Assembly (NCBI GenBank): GCA_023667245.1
Contig: JAMPAL010000001.1
Span: 65,317 to 129,316 of the forward strand
Length of the DNA stretch: 64,000 nucleotides
Reading direction: 5' to 3'
From: Anaeroplasma bactoclasticum
GTDB lineage: Bacteria > Bacillota_I > Bacilli_A > ML615J-28 > CAG-313
Positions within the stretch are counted from its first letter, which is position 1. Every line of letters begins with the position of its first letter. Of the stretch, positions 35,815 to 44,470 are shown piece by piece. The notes under the pieces were generated by a model that searched no databases, was not told where the DNA came from, and saw only the letters and a list, made by a program, of their open reading frames with translations. The translations under genes were made by a program, and so were the position numbers.

Positions 35815-37080
35815 TTATCTTTCATTTTCTAAAATTTGGATAAAGACACCCATTGATTTTAATTTAGGTACAATTTGTTCATATCCTCTCAATATAATTT
35901 GAGCATTTTCAATGACTGTAGTATGTGTTGCTATTGCTCCTAATACAATACACGCAAAGCCACATCGTAAATCATATGCTTGTATGGTTGTTCCAGTTAA
36001 TGTAGAAGGAAAAATATGCAGTTCATTATCTTCCATTGTAATTAACCCTCCCATCTTTTTCATTGCTTCTACTTGTGAGAACCGATTTGGATAGACTAAA
36101 TCCTTTATAATAGAAGGTGAAGTAGCCGTCAAACAGACTACAGATAAAATTTGTTGTAAATCTGTTGGAAAATATGGATATATATCTACTATCGTTGTTG
36201 TACCTATCAGTGGAGTATCATTGATAACCTCAATTTGATTATCTCCAATATGTATATGCAATCCCATACGTTGTAATGTATTAATGACTTCTTCTAAATA
36301 CTGAATATCTACATTTTGCAAGGTGAGGTGAGCATGTGGAATGGCACTAGCCAAAAGTAAATAACTCCCTGCCTCAATACGGTCACTCATAATAGTAAAA
36401 TTTGCCCCTTTTAATCCTCTTACTCCCTCAATTCGGATAGTATCTTGTACAATCTCAATCTGTGCTCCCATTTGCTTTAACAATGCAATGACTTCTAATA
36501 CCTCAGGCTCAGTGGAAGCATTATATATACTGACTTTACCTAATCGTTTGACACTTGCCAATAAAATATTAATAGTTGTGCCAACTGACTTTTGTGGCAG
36601 ATATATATTCACGTTCTTTTTTTTCTCAGACTTTGGACTTTGAAAAATCAATTTACTAGACACTTCATCAATTTGATAACCTAATTTTTCAAAAGCATCA
36701 ATGTGATAATCGATAGGACGCCTTGAGAAATTACACCCTCCAGGATATACCGTTTCAAAAGAAACGTTGCAACCAACCAATGCACCCATAATATAATATG
36801 AAGCTCGAATTTGTCGAATCAAATCCATAGATAAATCTAATTTTATCTGTTTTTTGGTCAATATGATTTTTTGTTCATCGGGAACATATTGTATTTCTAC
36901 ACCTATGGATTGCAAAATCTCTTTCATACATAAGGTATCTGTAATATTTGGAAAATGATAAAGACAAATGGGCTCATTTGTAAGAAGTGAACATGCCATA
37001 AGAGGTAAACTTGCATTCTTAGCTCCACTAATGGATATGGTACCTTTTAACTGCTCTACGTGATGAATTTTTAATTTCAT
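35815..37080 (-). CDS. murA: UDP-N-acetylglucosamine 1-carboxyvinyltransferase
   Basis: 421 aa. LKGTISISGAKNASLPLMACSLL, PGGCNFSRRPIDYH (active-site Cys loop) and the overall EPSP-synthase-fold pattern match MurA. Whether it is the MurAA or MurAB type is not resolved. Confidence 0.9.
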   Translation of the reverse strand: MKLKIHHVEQLKGTISISGAKNASLPLMACSLLTNEPICLYHFPNITDTLCMKEILQSIGVEIQYVPDEQKIILTKKQIKLDLSMDLIRQIRASYYIMGALVGCNVSFETVYPGGCNFSRRPIDYHIDAFEKLGYQIDEVSSKLIFQSPKSEKKKNVNIYLPQKSVGTTINILLASVKRLGKVSIYNASTEPEVLEVIALLKQMGAQIEIVQDTIRIEGVRGLKGANFTIMSDRIEAGSYLLLASAIPHAHLTLQNVDIQYLEEVINTLQRMGLHIHIGDNQIEVINDTPLIGTTTIVDIYPYFPTDLQQILSVVCLTATSPSIIKDLVYPNRFSQVEAMKKMGGLITMEDNELHIFPSTLTGTTIQAYDLRCGFACIVLGAIATHTTVIENAQIILRGYEQIVPKLKSMGVFIQILENER

Positions 37081-37157
37081 TTTTATATCACCTTATACCA
37101 TTTTATGTGGAAAAGTGATTTCTAGTATTTGAATTTTAAAATTGCATTTATTTTTAT

Positions 37158-37186
37158 TTGAAAAAAAATAAAAAGTATGGTATCAT
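37158..37186 (+). promoter_or_regulatory. Putative sigma-A promoter for aspA
   Basis: TTGAAA (37158-37163), a 17-nt spacer, then TGgTATCAT (-10 at 37181-37186). It is followed by an AGGAG RBS (37211-37215) and the ATG at 37222. Confidence 0.45.
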
Positions 37187-37221
37187 ATATAAGAATGAAA
37201 AAAATTCTAGAGGAGAAAAAA

Positions 37222-38649
37222 ATGAGATACCGTATAGAACGAGACTCTTTAGGCGAAAGACAAGTACCGGCGGAAGCATATTATGGTATTGAAACCTTAA
37301 GAGGAAAAGAAAATTTTGAAATAACAAAAAGAGGCATTTGTAGACAATTGATCAAAGCACTCGCTATTGTGAAAAAATCTGCCGCAAAAGCCAATATAGA
37401 TGCTGGAAACATTGATGAAAAAGTGGGTAAAGCTATTATGCTTGCTTGCGATGAAATTCTCAATGGTAGACTCCATGGCCAATTTGTAACAGATCTTATT
37501 CAAGGTGGTGCGGGTACTAGTATCAATATGAACGCCAATGAGGTCATTGCCAATCGTGCGAATGAGTTAATGGGCGGAAAAAAAGGTGTTTATGATTTTG
37601 TTCACCCCAATGATCATGTTAATTTTGGTCAATCTACAAACGATGTCATTCAAACAGCAGGTAAAATTGCGATTGTAAAACAACTCAAAAAATTGCAAGT
37701 TGAATTAAAAAAATTATATAATTCTTATTTAGACAAGGCAAAAGAGTTTGAAAATATCATTAAAATGGGTAGAACGCATTTACAAGAAGCGCTTCCTATT
37801 CGTCTAGGACAAGAATTTGAAGCCTATGCTAGTGCGCTCTCTCGAGATATGAAACGAATTGATACCACCATTGATGCTTTGTTAGAAGTCAATATGGGAG
37901 CCACTGCAATTGGTACAGGATTAAATGCCAATGAAAAGTACATTAAGAAAGTTATTCTACACTTATCTAAATTTTCAGGTGAACCCGTTAAGCAAGCGAA
38001 GAATTTAATTGATGCTACTAGAAATTTAGACGTGTTAGGACAAACGAGTTCTGTTCTTAAACTACTTGCTACGAACTTATCTAAAACAGCTAGCGATTTA
38101 CGTTTAATGGCTAGCACTGGAATGAATGGGTATAGTGAAATTTTATTACCAAACGTTCAACCTGGATCATCTATTATGCCTGGTAAATATAATCCAGTTA
38201 TTCCTGAAATGGTCAATCAAGTTTGTTTTTATGTGATGGGACTAGACGTAACCATTACCAAAGCAATTGAAGCAGGTCAATTGGAACTCAACGTATTTGA
38301 ACCGATTATCCTAATGTCATTATTTGAACAAATCACAACACTTCGTAGAGCAGCTAGAACATTTAATAATCTAGCGATTACAGATATGAAAGCAAGTCAT
38401 CATGTGACACATTTTCAAACTGAAAATAGTATCTTCTTTATTACTGCACTATCCCCTCATATTGGACACGATATGGCTTGCACTATCATCAATGAAGCTT
38501 TAAGTTCAGGGAAAACGATTAAAGAAATCGTTATGGACAAAAATCTCCTTTCTGAAGATGTGATTGATGCGATTTTAGATGTTAAAAATATGACTACTCC
38601 TGGTATTGTTGGTGAAGATTTACTGAAGAAAAAATCAGAGAAAGCCTAA
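37222..38649 (+). CDS. aspA: Aspartate ammonia-lyase
   Basis: Start refined to ATG 37222. MRYRIERDSLGERQVPAEAYYGIETLRGKENF, GGAGTSINMNANEVIANRA, GQSTNDV and the signature GSSIMPGKYNPVIPE are present. The NPVIPE variant is the aspartase type rather than the FumC type. Confidence 0.85.
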   Translation: MRYRIERDSLGERQVPAEAYYGIETLRGKENFEITKRGICRQLIKALAIVKKSAAKANIDAGNIDEKVGKAIMLACDEILNGRLHGQFVTDLIQGGAGTSINMNANEVIANRANELMGGKKGVYDFVHPNDHVNFGQSTNDVIQTAGKIAIVKQLKKLQVELKKLYNSYLDKAKEFENIIKMGRTHLQEALPIRLGQEFEAYASALSRDMKRIDTTIDALLEVNMGATAIGTGLNANEKYIKKVILHLSKFSGEPVKQAKNLIDATRNLDVLGQTSSVLKLLATNLSKTASDLRLMASTGMNGYSEILLPNVQPGSSIMPGKYNPVIPEMVNQVCFYVMGLDVTITKAIEAGQLELNVFEPIILMSLFEQITTLRRAARTFNNLAITDMKASHHVTHFQTENSIFFITALSPHIGHDMACTIINEALSSGKTIKEIVMDKNLLSEDVIDAILDVKNMTTPGIVGEDLLKKKSEKA

Positions 38650-38679
38650 AAAATAAGCTATAGTATAGCTTATTTTTTA
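38650..38679. terminator. Bidirectional terminator between convergent aspA and degV
   Basis: Stem ataagctat (38653-38661) / atagcttat (38665-38673) with a 3-nt loop, flanked by an A-run and a T-run. Confidence 0.65.
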
Positions 38680-38692
38680 TTTGGGTATGTTG

Positions 38693-39526
38693 TTATGATT
38701 TGGCAATATAGGCTACTCCATAACCCCCAGGACCGATATGACAGCCAATCACTGGTGCAATATGGTCAACTTGGATGATATGCTTTTGAAAACTTGTATC
38801 AGTTAACAATCCATATAGTGTATCATAATTGGCCTTATCTTTACTATATAGCCCATAAATGGGATAATTTTCATCTGGAAGATGATTCATCATATAGTTT
38901 ACAATATATTGCATAGCCTGTTTTTTTCCTCTTCTTTTAGAAAAAACAACTACTTTTCCATCTAATATACCAATAATGGGCTTCAATCCAATAATAGTAC
39001 CTATTACAGATGAGGTTTTACTTAATCTCCCGCCTCGGTGCAAATATTCTAATGTGTCAATCCCTGCAATGATTCGGATTCTTTCACGAAGACTCCTTAT
39101 TTTTTGTAAAATGATATCCAATGATTCATCCTGATAGCGTAATGCTTCTTCAATTAAAAAACGAAGTCCACTTACAGTAGTAAGTCCATCTACTACTTTG
39201 ACATTTGCATGGTCTTCAAAGAGGGCTTGCATTGCTGCATACGAGCCTGATATTTCTTTCGATAAAGGGAAAATCAGAATAGTATAGCCTTCATCTTCGT
39301 ATTTTTTGACTTGTTCTTCTAATTGATATAAATTAGGTAGGGATGTTTTTGGAAAAATATGACTCGTAACTAATTTTTCATAGAAGACTTCGCTTGTTAT
39401 ATCTACTCCATCTAAATATTCTTCCTCATTAAAACTAAATCGTAGTGGAAATACCTCTATCCCCATTGTTGTTGCTTCTTCTTTTGTAATACCAGAAGAA
39501 GAATCGACCATTATTTTTAATTTCAT
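38693..39526 (-). CDS. degV: DegV-family fatty-acid-binding protein
   Basis: Start refined to ATG 39526 (AAGGAGAAT RBS). MKLKIMVDSSSGITKEEA...EEYLDGVDITSEVFYEKL... is typical DegV. Confidence 0.85.
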   Translation of the reverse strand: MKLKIMVDSSSGITKEEATTMGIEVFPLRFSFNEEEYLDGVDITSEVFYEKLVTSHIFPKTSLPNLYQLEEQVKKYEDEGYTILIFPLSKEISGSYAAMQALFEDHANVKVVDGLTTVSGLRFLIEEALRYQDESLDIILQKIRSLRERIRIIAGIDTLEYLHRGGRLSKTSSVIGTIIGLKPIIGILDGKVVVFSKRRGKKQAMQYIVNYMMNHLPDENYPIYGLYSKDKANYDTLYGLLTDTSFQKHIIQVDHIAPVIGCHIGPGGYGVAYIAKS

Positions 39527-39554
39527 GATTATTCTCCTTGATTGTTGATTATAG

Positions 39555-39591
39555 ATATGATACAATTTGTATCATATGGTATTATACCATA
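39555..39591. promoter_or_regulatory. Two adjacent perfect palindromes in the degV-tetR divergent region (candidate TetR operators)
   Basis: 39555-39577, atatgatacaa-t-ttgtatcatat, is a 23-bp perfect palindrome. 39575-39591, tatggtat-t-ataccata, is a 17-bp perfect palindrome. Both lie between the divergently transcribed degV (start 39526) and tetR (start 39625). Confidence 0.5.
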
Positions 39592-39624
39592 GAATATGTG
39601 ATACAAACAAGCGGGGTTTTGTCT

Positions 39625-40134
39625 ATGGATAAAAGAAAAGAATTAAATCAAATCGTAAAAGAGGCTATTGCACAAAGCATTTTTTTGTTAATGGATGAAA
39701 AACCATTTTCAGAAATCACCATTACAGAGATTATTCAAAAAGCGGGTGTAGCGAGAGCTTCCTTTTATCGGAATTTTTCTTATAAAGAAGAAGCTATTGC
39801 CTATTACTTAATAGAAAAGATGAAACAATTTAAATTACAAAATAAACAAAGTGGTATTAAAATATATCATTATGAGGCCATTTTAAATACAATGCAATTT
39901 GTGATTAACTATAAAAATGAACTAAAAAGTTTGTTTGCTGCTGGATTATCCCAAATATTGTTAGAAGCAATCAACGCCTATTTATTTGAGGTCTATCCAG
40001 TTGAATCGAATCATGAGGCAGAAAAATATATTCTTTACTCTTATGGTGGATCATTATTTAATATCATATATCACTGGGTTTCTTCTGGCTTGCATGAATC
40101 TCCTGAAGAAATTGCTCATTTTATTTGTACATAA
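39625..40134 (+). CDS. TetR/AcrR-family transcriptional regulator
   Basis: Start refined to ATG 39625. The N-terminal HTH FSEITITEIIQKAGVARASFYRNFSYKEE is the TetR_N signature. Confidence 0.85.
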   Translation: MDKRKELNQIVKEAIAQSIFLLMDEKPFSEITITEIIQKAGVARASFYRNFSYKEEAIAYYLIEKMKQFKLQNKQSGIKIYHYEAILNTMQFVINYKNELKSLFAAGLSQILLEAINAYLFEVYPVESNHEAEKYILYSYGGSLFNIIYHWVSSGLHESPEEIAHFICT

Positions 40135-40166
40135 TTTTTTTAATATATATTCCTTATATAATAAAT

Positions 40167-40203
40167 AAAAAAGTTACATCCCCCCTAGGCTGTAACTTTT
40201 TGT
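40167..40203. terminator. Bidirectional terminator between convergent tetR and the S8 protease gene
   Basis: Stem aagttaca (40171-40178) / tgtaactt (40191-40198) with a 12-nt loop. An A-run lies on its left and a T-run on its right. Confidence 0.6.
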
Positions 40204-40326
40204 TTAGACTGTTTTTTTATTTCATATCAAAGATATGAATCGTTTGGTCCCCTTTTATAAACTGGTGTTTCTTTGCTAAAATATGATTACAATGTTTATT
40301 CTTTGCTTATAGTTGCTCTCCCGTTT

Positions 40327-42045
40327 CTAAAAAACTGCATAAGCAAGCGCTAATAAATCGCCCTCTTCACTTATTCTATCTGAAAAAATAGTTACTCGTA
40401 TAACATATGTAGTGGTTTCTTCCACAAGATATGAAAATAATTCCACATTAGAGTCTGAGCATTGTGAAGAAAGAATAATCTGACCATCAGGTAAAAATAA
40501 CCTTAAATCATAATCCCCCGTAACTGTTTCATTCTTTTTTCCTGTTGCTTTGGCCAACCAAGCAAGTGATGCTCGAAGTGTTTGGCCCTTTTCTAAATCA
40601 ATACGATGTTCTACTACAGTTACATCATTACTATTTACTGGATTTACAGTACAACATGCCATATAAGCATTATACACATTATCAAGTGCATTCCCCAAAT
40701 GCAATTTACCTGCTCCATAACTTGGTGCCAAAGGCTTAAATGTTTCTGGAACGCCATAATCCCCCAATTGTTGAGCGTTCGCACATAATATAGCAGTTAC
40801 TAGTTGAGGGTAACATTTCAAATACGGGCGTTTTTCCATTAGAAGAGCAATAGAACCACTCGTAATAGCGCAGGAAAAACTTGTACCTTCATAGTTTTTG
40901 TTGAAACCATCCACATAAACCGTTGTTCCTCTTGCTAGTAGTGTAGGCTTTTCTGGTGCCCCACTCTTGTATTGATAATTGGAAAAATAAGCATAGTCAG
41001 TACTTTCTTCATTATGAGCTCCAACACTAATTACATTGTATCCTAAAGCAAGTGTACTGATGTTGCCTCCTTCATTTCCCACCGCCGCAACAATGGTAAC
41101 TCGATAAGTATATACAATATAATCCATGTATGCTGATAGTGCACCATAATATCCATCAGGTTCTGAATCTGCACAAGATAAATTAATGATATCTGCACCT
41201 TTACTTAGTAACCAGTCTATTTCATTACTAGGACTACCATATAAATGTGAAGTTAAAATGGTAGCATTTGGCGCCATCCCTCCATGGCCAGCTATAATAG
41301 CCGCCACTACGGTTGTGTGTTCACTAATGGAATTGGCATGCAAAAATTGTTTGTGTGTAACCACATTTGTTCCTACTAAAGAAGCATGATCTTTATCCGC
41401 AATACCCACTTCTAATACCCCCACTTTTATACCATCGCCAGTCAATTCTCTGCTTTCAAATAATTCCCCTGCTCCCATACTATAAAAAGCATTGCATACT
41501 TTTTCTTCTAGGTTGACTTCATTGGTGTGTCTTACATATGCTGTTTTGACAAAGGCTGTGTTAGACAATTTAGATAGTAATTTTTGTTTGCATTGTTCAA
41601 ATGCTTCTACTTCAAATATATATTCAATATAAGGCATATAATGAGATATATATTTATCCACATATCCTTCAATTTCTAACAGTCCATCTAAAACCTTATT
41701 TTCTTCTAAGTGGTATTGTCTTATAGCTTCTCTTGCATATCCACGAATCTCATTGACCTCTCTATTCGTCATATCTTCTGTGACTTCAATTGGATTGATG
41801 GATGATTCAATATTTTGCAATACGTTTTTGTTATGTTGGTCGTAATCTAACTCGATTTCTAAAATGATGACATCATCTGTAGATCCTTCTTCTGTAGTAT
41901 TATCACTGTTTAAACTTTCTAATGTTTTTGCTTCGTACCTTAGGTTATCTAGAAAAATCACCTTTTGATCATCTATACCATAAGTAATTAAAAAAGATCC
42001 AAAAATAATGACAATAGCTACCCCCATTAATGCTATTTTTTTCAT
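40327..42045 (-). CDS. Membrane-anchored/secreted S8 (subtilisin-like) serine peptidase; Glu sits at the canonical catalytic Asp position
   Basis: 572 aa with N-terminal TM/signal KKIALMGVAIVIIFGSFLITYG. Subtilase blocks: GDGIKVGVLEVGIADKDH (Asp block, but with E212 where subtilisin has D32), SEHTTVVAAIIAG (His), VAAVGNEGGN (oxyanion Asn), GTSFSCAITSGSIALL (Ser). Confidence 0.8.
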   Translation of the reverse strand: MKKIALMGVAIVIIFGSFLITYGIDDQKVIFLDNLRYEAKTLESLNSDNTTEEGSTDDVIILEIELDYDQHNKNVLQNIESSINPIEVTEDMTNREVNEIRGYAREAIRQYHLEENKVLDGLLEIEGYVDKYISHYMPYIEYIFEVEAFEQCKQKLLSKLSNTAFVKTAYVRHTNEVNLEEKVCNAFYSMGAGELFESRELTGDGIKVGVLEVGIADKDHASLVGTNVVTHKQFLHANSISEHTTVVAAIIAGHGGMAPNATILTSHLYGSPSNEIDWLLSKGADIINLSCADSEPDGYYGALSAYMDYIVYTYRVTIVAAVGNEGGNISTLALGYNVISVGAHNEESTDYAYFSNYQYKSGAPEKPTLLARGTTVYVDGFNKNYEGTSFSCAITSGSIALLMEKRPYLKCYPQLVTAILCANAQQLGDYGVPETFKPLAPSYGAGKLHLGNALDNVYNAYMACCTVNPVNSNDVTVVEHRIDLEKGQTLRASLAWLAKATGKKNETVTGDYDLRLFLPDGQIILSSQCSDSNVELFSYLVEETTTYVIRVTIFSDRISEEGDLLALAYAVF

Positions 42046-42187
42046 TTTATTGCTACTTTTCCTCCCTTATTATTACCCTTGTGTTTGATATTTTTGCAAA
42101 CACCATCTATATATACGACAAACTAGTCAAAATCGCCCCAAATTCTTTACAATTTGTCAAACTTTTTTTCATATTTTCAAATTTCAA

Positions 42188-42213
42188 CAAAAAAAGGGAT
42201 AAAATTATCCCTT
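42188..42213 (-). terminator. Terminator between the sigma/anti-sigma pair and the S8 protease gene
   Basis: Stem aagggata (42194-42201) / tatccctt (42206-42213) with a 4-nt loop. On the minus strand it is followed by a long T-run. It directly abuts the stop at 42214. Confidence 0.6.
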
Positions 42214-42813
42214 TTAATTCGCTATAGTATATTCTTTTGATATACCATTTGTACTAATAATAAAGTGAAGTGCTTTTCCTTCTTCTATAGATAACTTCGT
42301 CAAGTAACCACAAGATGTCTCATTGATATGGATGAATTGAGAATCTATTGAAATAGTAATAGGCTTATTCCTTTCTTGCTTGAAATGAACAACATAAAAA
42401 TAATCTGAAATTTGCTTTTTCATATCAACACCTTTATATATATACATTGATGCATTATCATTGATACGTATGCTACATTGATAATCCTTACTCACATATT
42501 GATTGATAGACAGCATATAATCATGATATTCACTTTTTAATATTTCTGTTCCCAACTTTTCCTTACTCGTATTGTCCCATCCCCAATGTATACATGCCAA
42601 ACCAATTACCCCAAATAAAAGAACAATAGACATAAGTGCTGATAATTTAAAAGACAATTTATAATGTTTCAATGCCTTGTTATTTTTCTCGAATTGATCT
42701 TCTATATTTACTTTGAAATATTCTGTTTTTTCCATCACATCTGAGGCCCTTAACTTGGGTTGATATGTTTTTTCAAAGTCTTCCTTTAACATTGTTTTAA
42801 TTCTTTTTTTCAT
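42214..42813 (-). CDS. Single-pass membrane protein, candidate anti-sigma factor
   Basis: 199 aa. It overlaps the ECF sigma gene by 4 nt. It has a ~55-aa cytoplasmic N-terminus, one TM helix (LSALMSIVLLFGVIGLACIHWGW) and an extracytoplasmic C-terminal domain. The call rests on context and topology only. Confidence 0.45.
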   Translation of the reverse strand: MKKRIKTMLKEDFEKTYQPKLRASDVMEKTEYFKVNIEDQFEKNNKALKHYKLSFKLSALMSIVLLFGVIGLACIHWGWDNTSKEKLGTEILKSEYHDYMLSINQYVSKDYQCSIRINDNASMYIYKGVDMKKQISDYFYVVHFKQERNKPITISIDSQFIHINETSCGYLTKLSIEEGKALHFIISTNGISKEYTIAN

Positions 42814-43340
42814 TTTTCTGTTCCCCCCTTAATGAATTTCTTTACTTTTCCATGAGAATTATAGTAAATGTGCTTTACTTTACTCATTGTCATATGGCTT
42901 TCTTCTGCAATATCTGAAAATTTCATTCTTAATCCATCTTTCATATATAAAATACGATATGCTTCTTCCCCAATATACCGTTCTACCTCTGATAACATTA
43001 TGAGATTATCTTGATTGCTCATGCAATGTGCGCTTTCTACATGTTGATTATTTATAGATAGGACATTACGTCTTGATTCTTTTACCTTCACTATGTCTTT
43101 TAAATGGTTATTAGCAATGGTAAACATCCAAGTTTCAAAACTTGCCTTTTTTTCATCATATGTATGAATATGATCTAGTATTTTAATAAATATTTCTTGC
43201 ACAGCGTCTTCTGCATCTTCTACGTTGTGTGTATATTTTAAAGAATAGTAGAATAATATTTTGTTATACTTTTCAAATAATTGTTCGAAAGCAGCTTCAT
43301 CTTTTTCAATGATTCCTTTTATAATTTTTTTATTCATCAT
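42810..43340 (-). CDS. ECF-type RNA polymerase sigma-70 family factor
   Basis: 176 aa. Region 2: EDAEDAVQEIFIKILDHIHTYDEKKASFETWMFTIANNHLKD. Region 4 HTH: MKFSDIAEESHMTMSKVKHIYYNSHGKVKKF. Confidence 0.85.
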   Translation of the reverse strand: MMNKKIIKGIIEKDEAAFEQLFEKYNKILFYYSLKYTHNVEDAEDAVQEIFIKILDHIHTYDEKKASFETWMFTIANNHLKDIVKVKESRRNVLSINNQHVESAHCMSNQDNLIMLSEVERYIGEEAYRILYMKDGLRMKFSDIAEESHMTMSKVKHIYYNSHGKVKKFIKGGTEK

Positions 43341-43437
43341 ACCTATTACATTTCCCTGCCCTATCCTATAGCCAATATTTCCTCCACTTTTCTATTATTT
43401 TTATTTATTATATATTTGATGCATATTCTTTGAATGT

Positions 43438-43467
43438 AAAAAACATGCCCGGAACTGACCAGGCATC
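43438..43467 (-). terminator. Putative terminator after tRNA-Gly
   Basis: On the minus strand: gatgcctgg-tcagtt-ccgggcatg (stem with one mismatch), followed by tttttt (complement of 43438-43443). Confidence 0.55.
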
Positions 43468-43477
43468 ATATCTCTTT

Positions 43478-43552
43478 TGGAGCAGGTAACCGGAATCGAA
43501 CCGGCATCTTCGCCATGGCAAGGCGGTATAATAGCCGTTATACTATACCTGC
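43478..43552 (-). tRNA. tRNA-Gly (anticodon GCC), CCA encoded
   Basis: Reverse complement: GCAGGTATAGTATAACGGCTATTATACCGCCTTGCCATGGCGAAGATGCCGGTTCGATTCCGGTTACCTGCTCCA. It has a 7-bp acceptor stem, a T-arm GCCGG/TTCGATT/CCGGT, an anticodon loop CTTGCCA, discriminator U and a 3' CCA. Confidence 0.9.
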
Positions 43553-43609
43553 AATTGATTGCATTAATATTATAGCAAAATTTGCCTATTAATGCAACTC
43601 ATTTGATTA

Positions 43610-44359
43610 TTATTCTTCGTCTGATTCAACTGGGTCTAAACCAACAACATTGTGATATACATCTTGCACATCGTCATCTTCTTCAAGCAAATCAAGAAGA
43701 CGTTGCAATTGTTCTTTTTCTTTATCTGTTGCAAGTTCTACTGGATTGAGTGGAAGCCAAGCGACAGTATCTTCTAAAAATTCTTTTCCTTCTGGAAGTA
43801 CTTCTCTTAAAGCCTCTCTAATTTTACCATATTCTGTACTAGGGGCAGTAATTGTTACGACGTCTTCGTCAGAAGAGATATCCTCTACATCACAATCTGC
43901 TAAAAGTAATGTTTCTAGAACTTCTTCTTCACCCATAAAGTCTAAAGAAAAAATGGCTGTATTTTTAAACATATGTGTTACACTACCACTTCCCGCAATC
44001 TTACCGCCACAACGTTGCAATGCAACTTTTACTGCTGTTTGAGTCCGATTATGGTTATCTGTTAAACATTCAATGACAAACATTGAATTTCCAGGTCCAA
44101 AGCCTTCTAATGTCATTGGATCATAAGACTCTTGATTGGCACCTTTGGCCTTATCAATTGCTCTTTTGATAACATCCGCAGTCACTTGTTCTCTTTTTGC
44201 TTTTTCGATTTCCTTCTTTAAGTTTTGGTTTAAGTCTGGATCAGGCACACCGGACTTCGCAGCCATATATATGATGCGGCTCCATTTGTTATTTAATTTT
44301 GATTTTGCTGCGGCAGTTTTAGCCATTGATGCAGCACGAACTTCATGTGCTCTACCCAT
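43610..44359 (-). CDS. yebC: YebC/PmpR-family DNA-binding transcriptional regulator
   Basis: 249 aa. MGRAHEVRAASMAKTAAAKSKLNNKWSRIIYMAAKSG.PDP..N..L...IEKAK and the following blocks are the highly conserved YebC/YeeN pattern. Confidence 0.9.
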   Translation of the reverse strand: MGRAHEVRAASMAKTAAAKSKLNNKWSRIIYMAAKSGVPDPDLNQNLKKEIEKAKREQVTADVIKRAIDKAKGANQESYDPMTLEGFGPGNSMFVIECLTDNHNRTQTAVKVALQRCGGKIAGSGSVTHMFKNTAIFSLDFMGEEEVLETLLLADCDVEDISSDEDVVTITAPSTEYGKIREALREVLPEGKEFLEDTVAWLPLNPVELATDKEKEQLQRLLDLLEEDDDVQDVYHNVVGLDPVESDEE

Positions 44360-44390
44360 AAATAATCTCCTTTACTGATTGATTCGACTT

Positions 44391-44399
44391 ATTATACCA
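44391..44399 (-). promoter_or_regulatory. Extended -10 element (TGgTATAAT) upstream of yebC
   Basis: The minus strand reads TGGTATAAT (complement of 44391-44399), about 30 nt upstream of the AAAGGAG RBS and ATG of yebC. The -35 is weak (TTTCAA). Confidence 0.4.
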
Positions 44400-44470
44400 C
44401 TATTGGTAAAAATTTGAAAGTAATTTGAAAATTTTTATATACTTTATTATCCCCTAGATTCATCAACTTC

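Noticed and set aside
42046-42190. ECF-type promoter (GAAC-N16-17-CGT-like) upstream of the S8 protease gene
   Set aside because: I looked for one because of the adjacent ECF sigma gene. I found only a CGTAT with no acceptable -35 partner at the right spacing, so no promoter is called there.
43559-43597. 11-bp AT-rich inverted repeat (ttgcattaata ... tattaatgcaa) between yebC and tRNA-Gly
   Set aside because: It has a 17-nt loop, an all-weak stem and no following U-run on the minus strand. It is not convincing as a terminator. It may be a processing or regulatory hairpin, but I cannot support a call.
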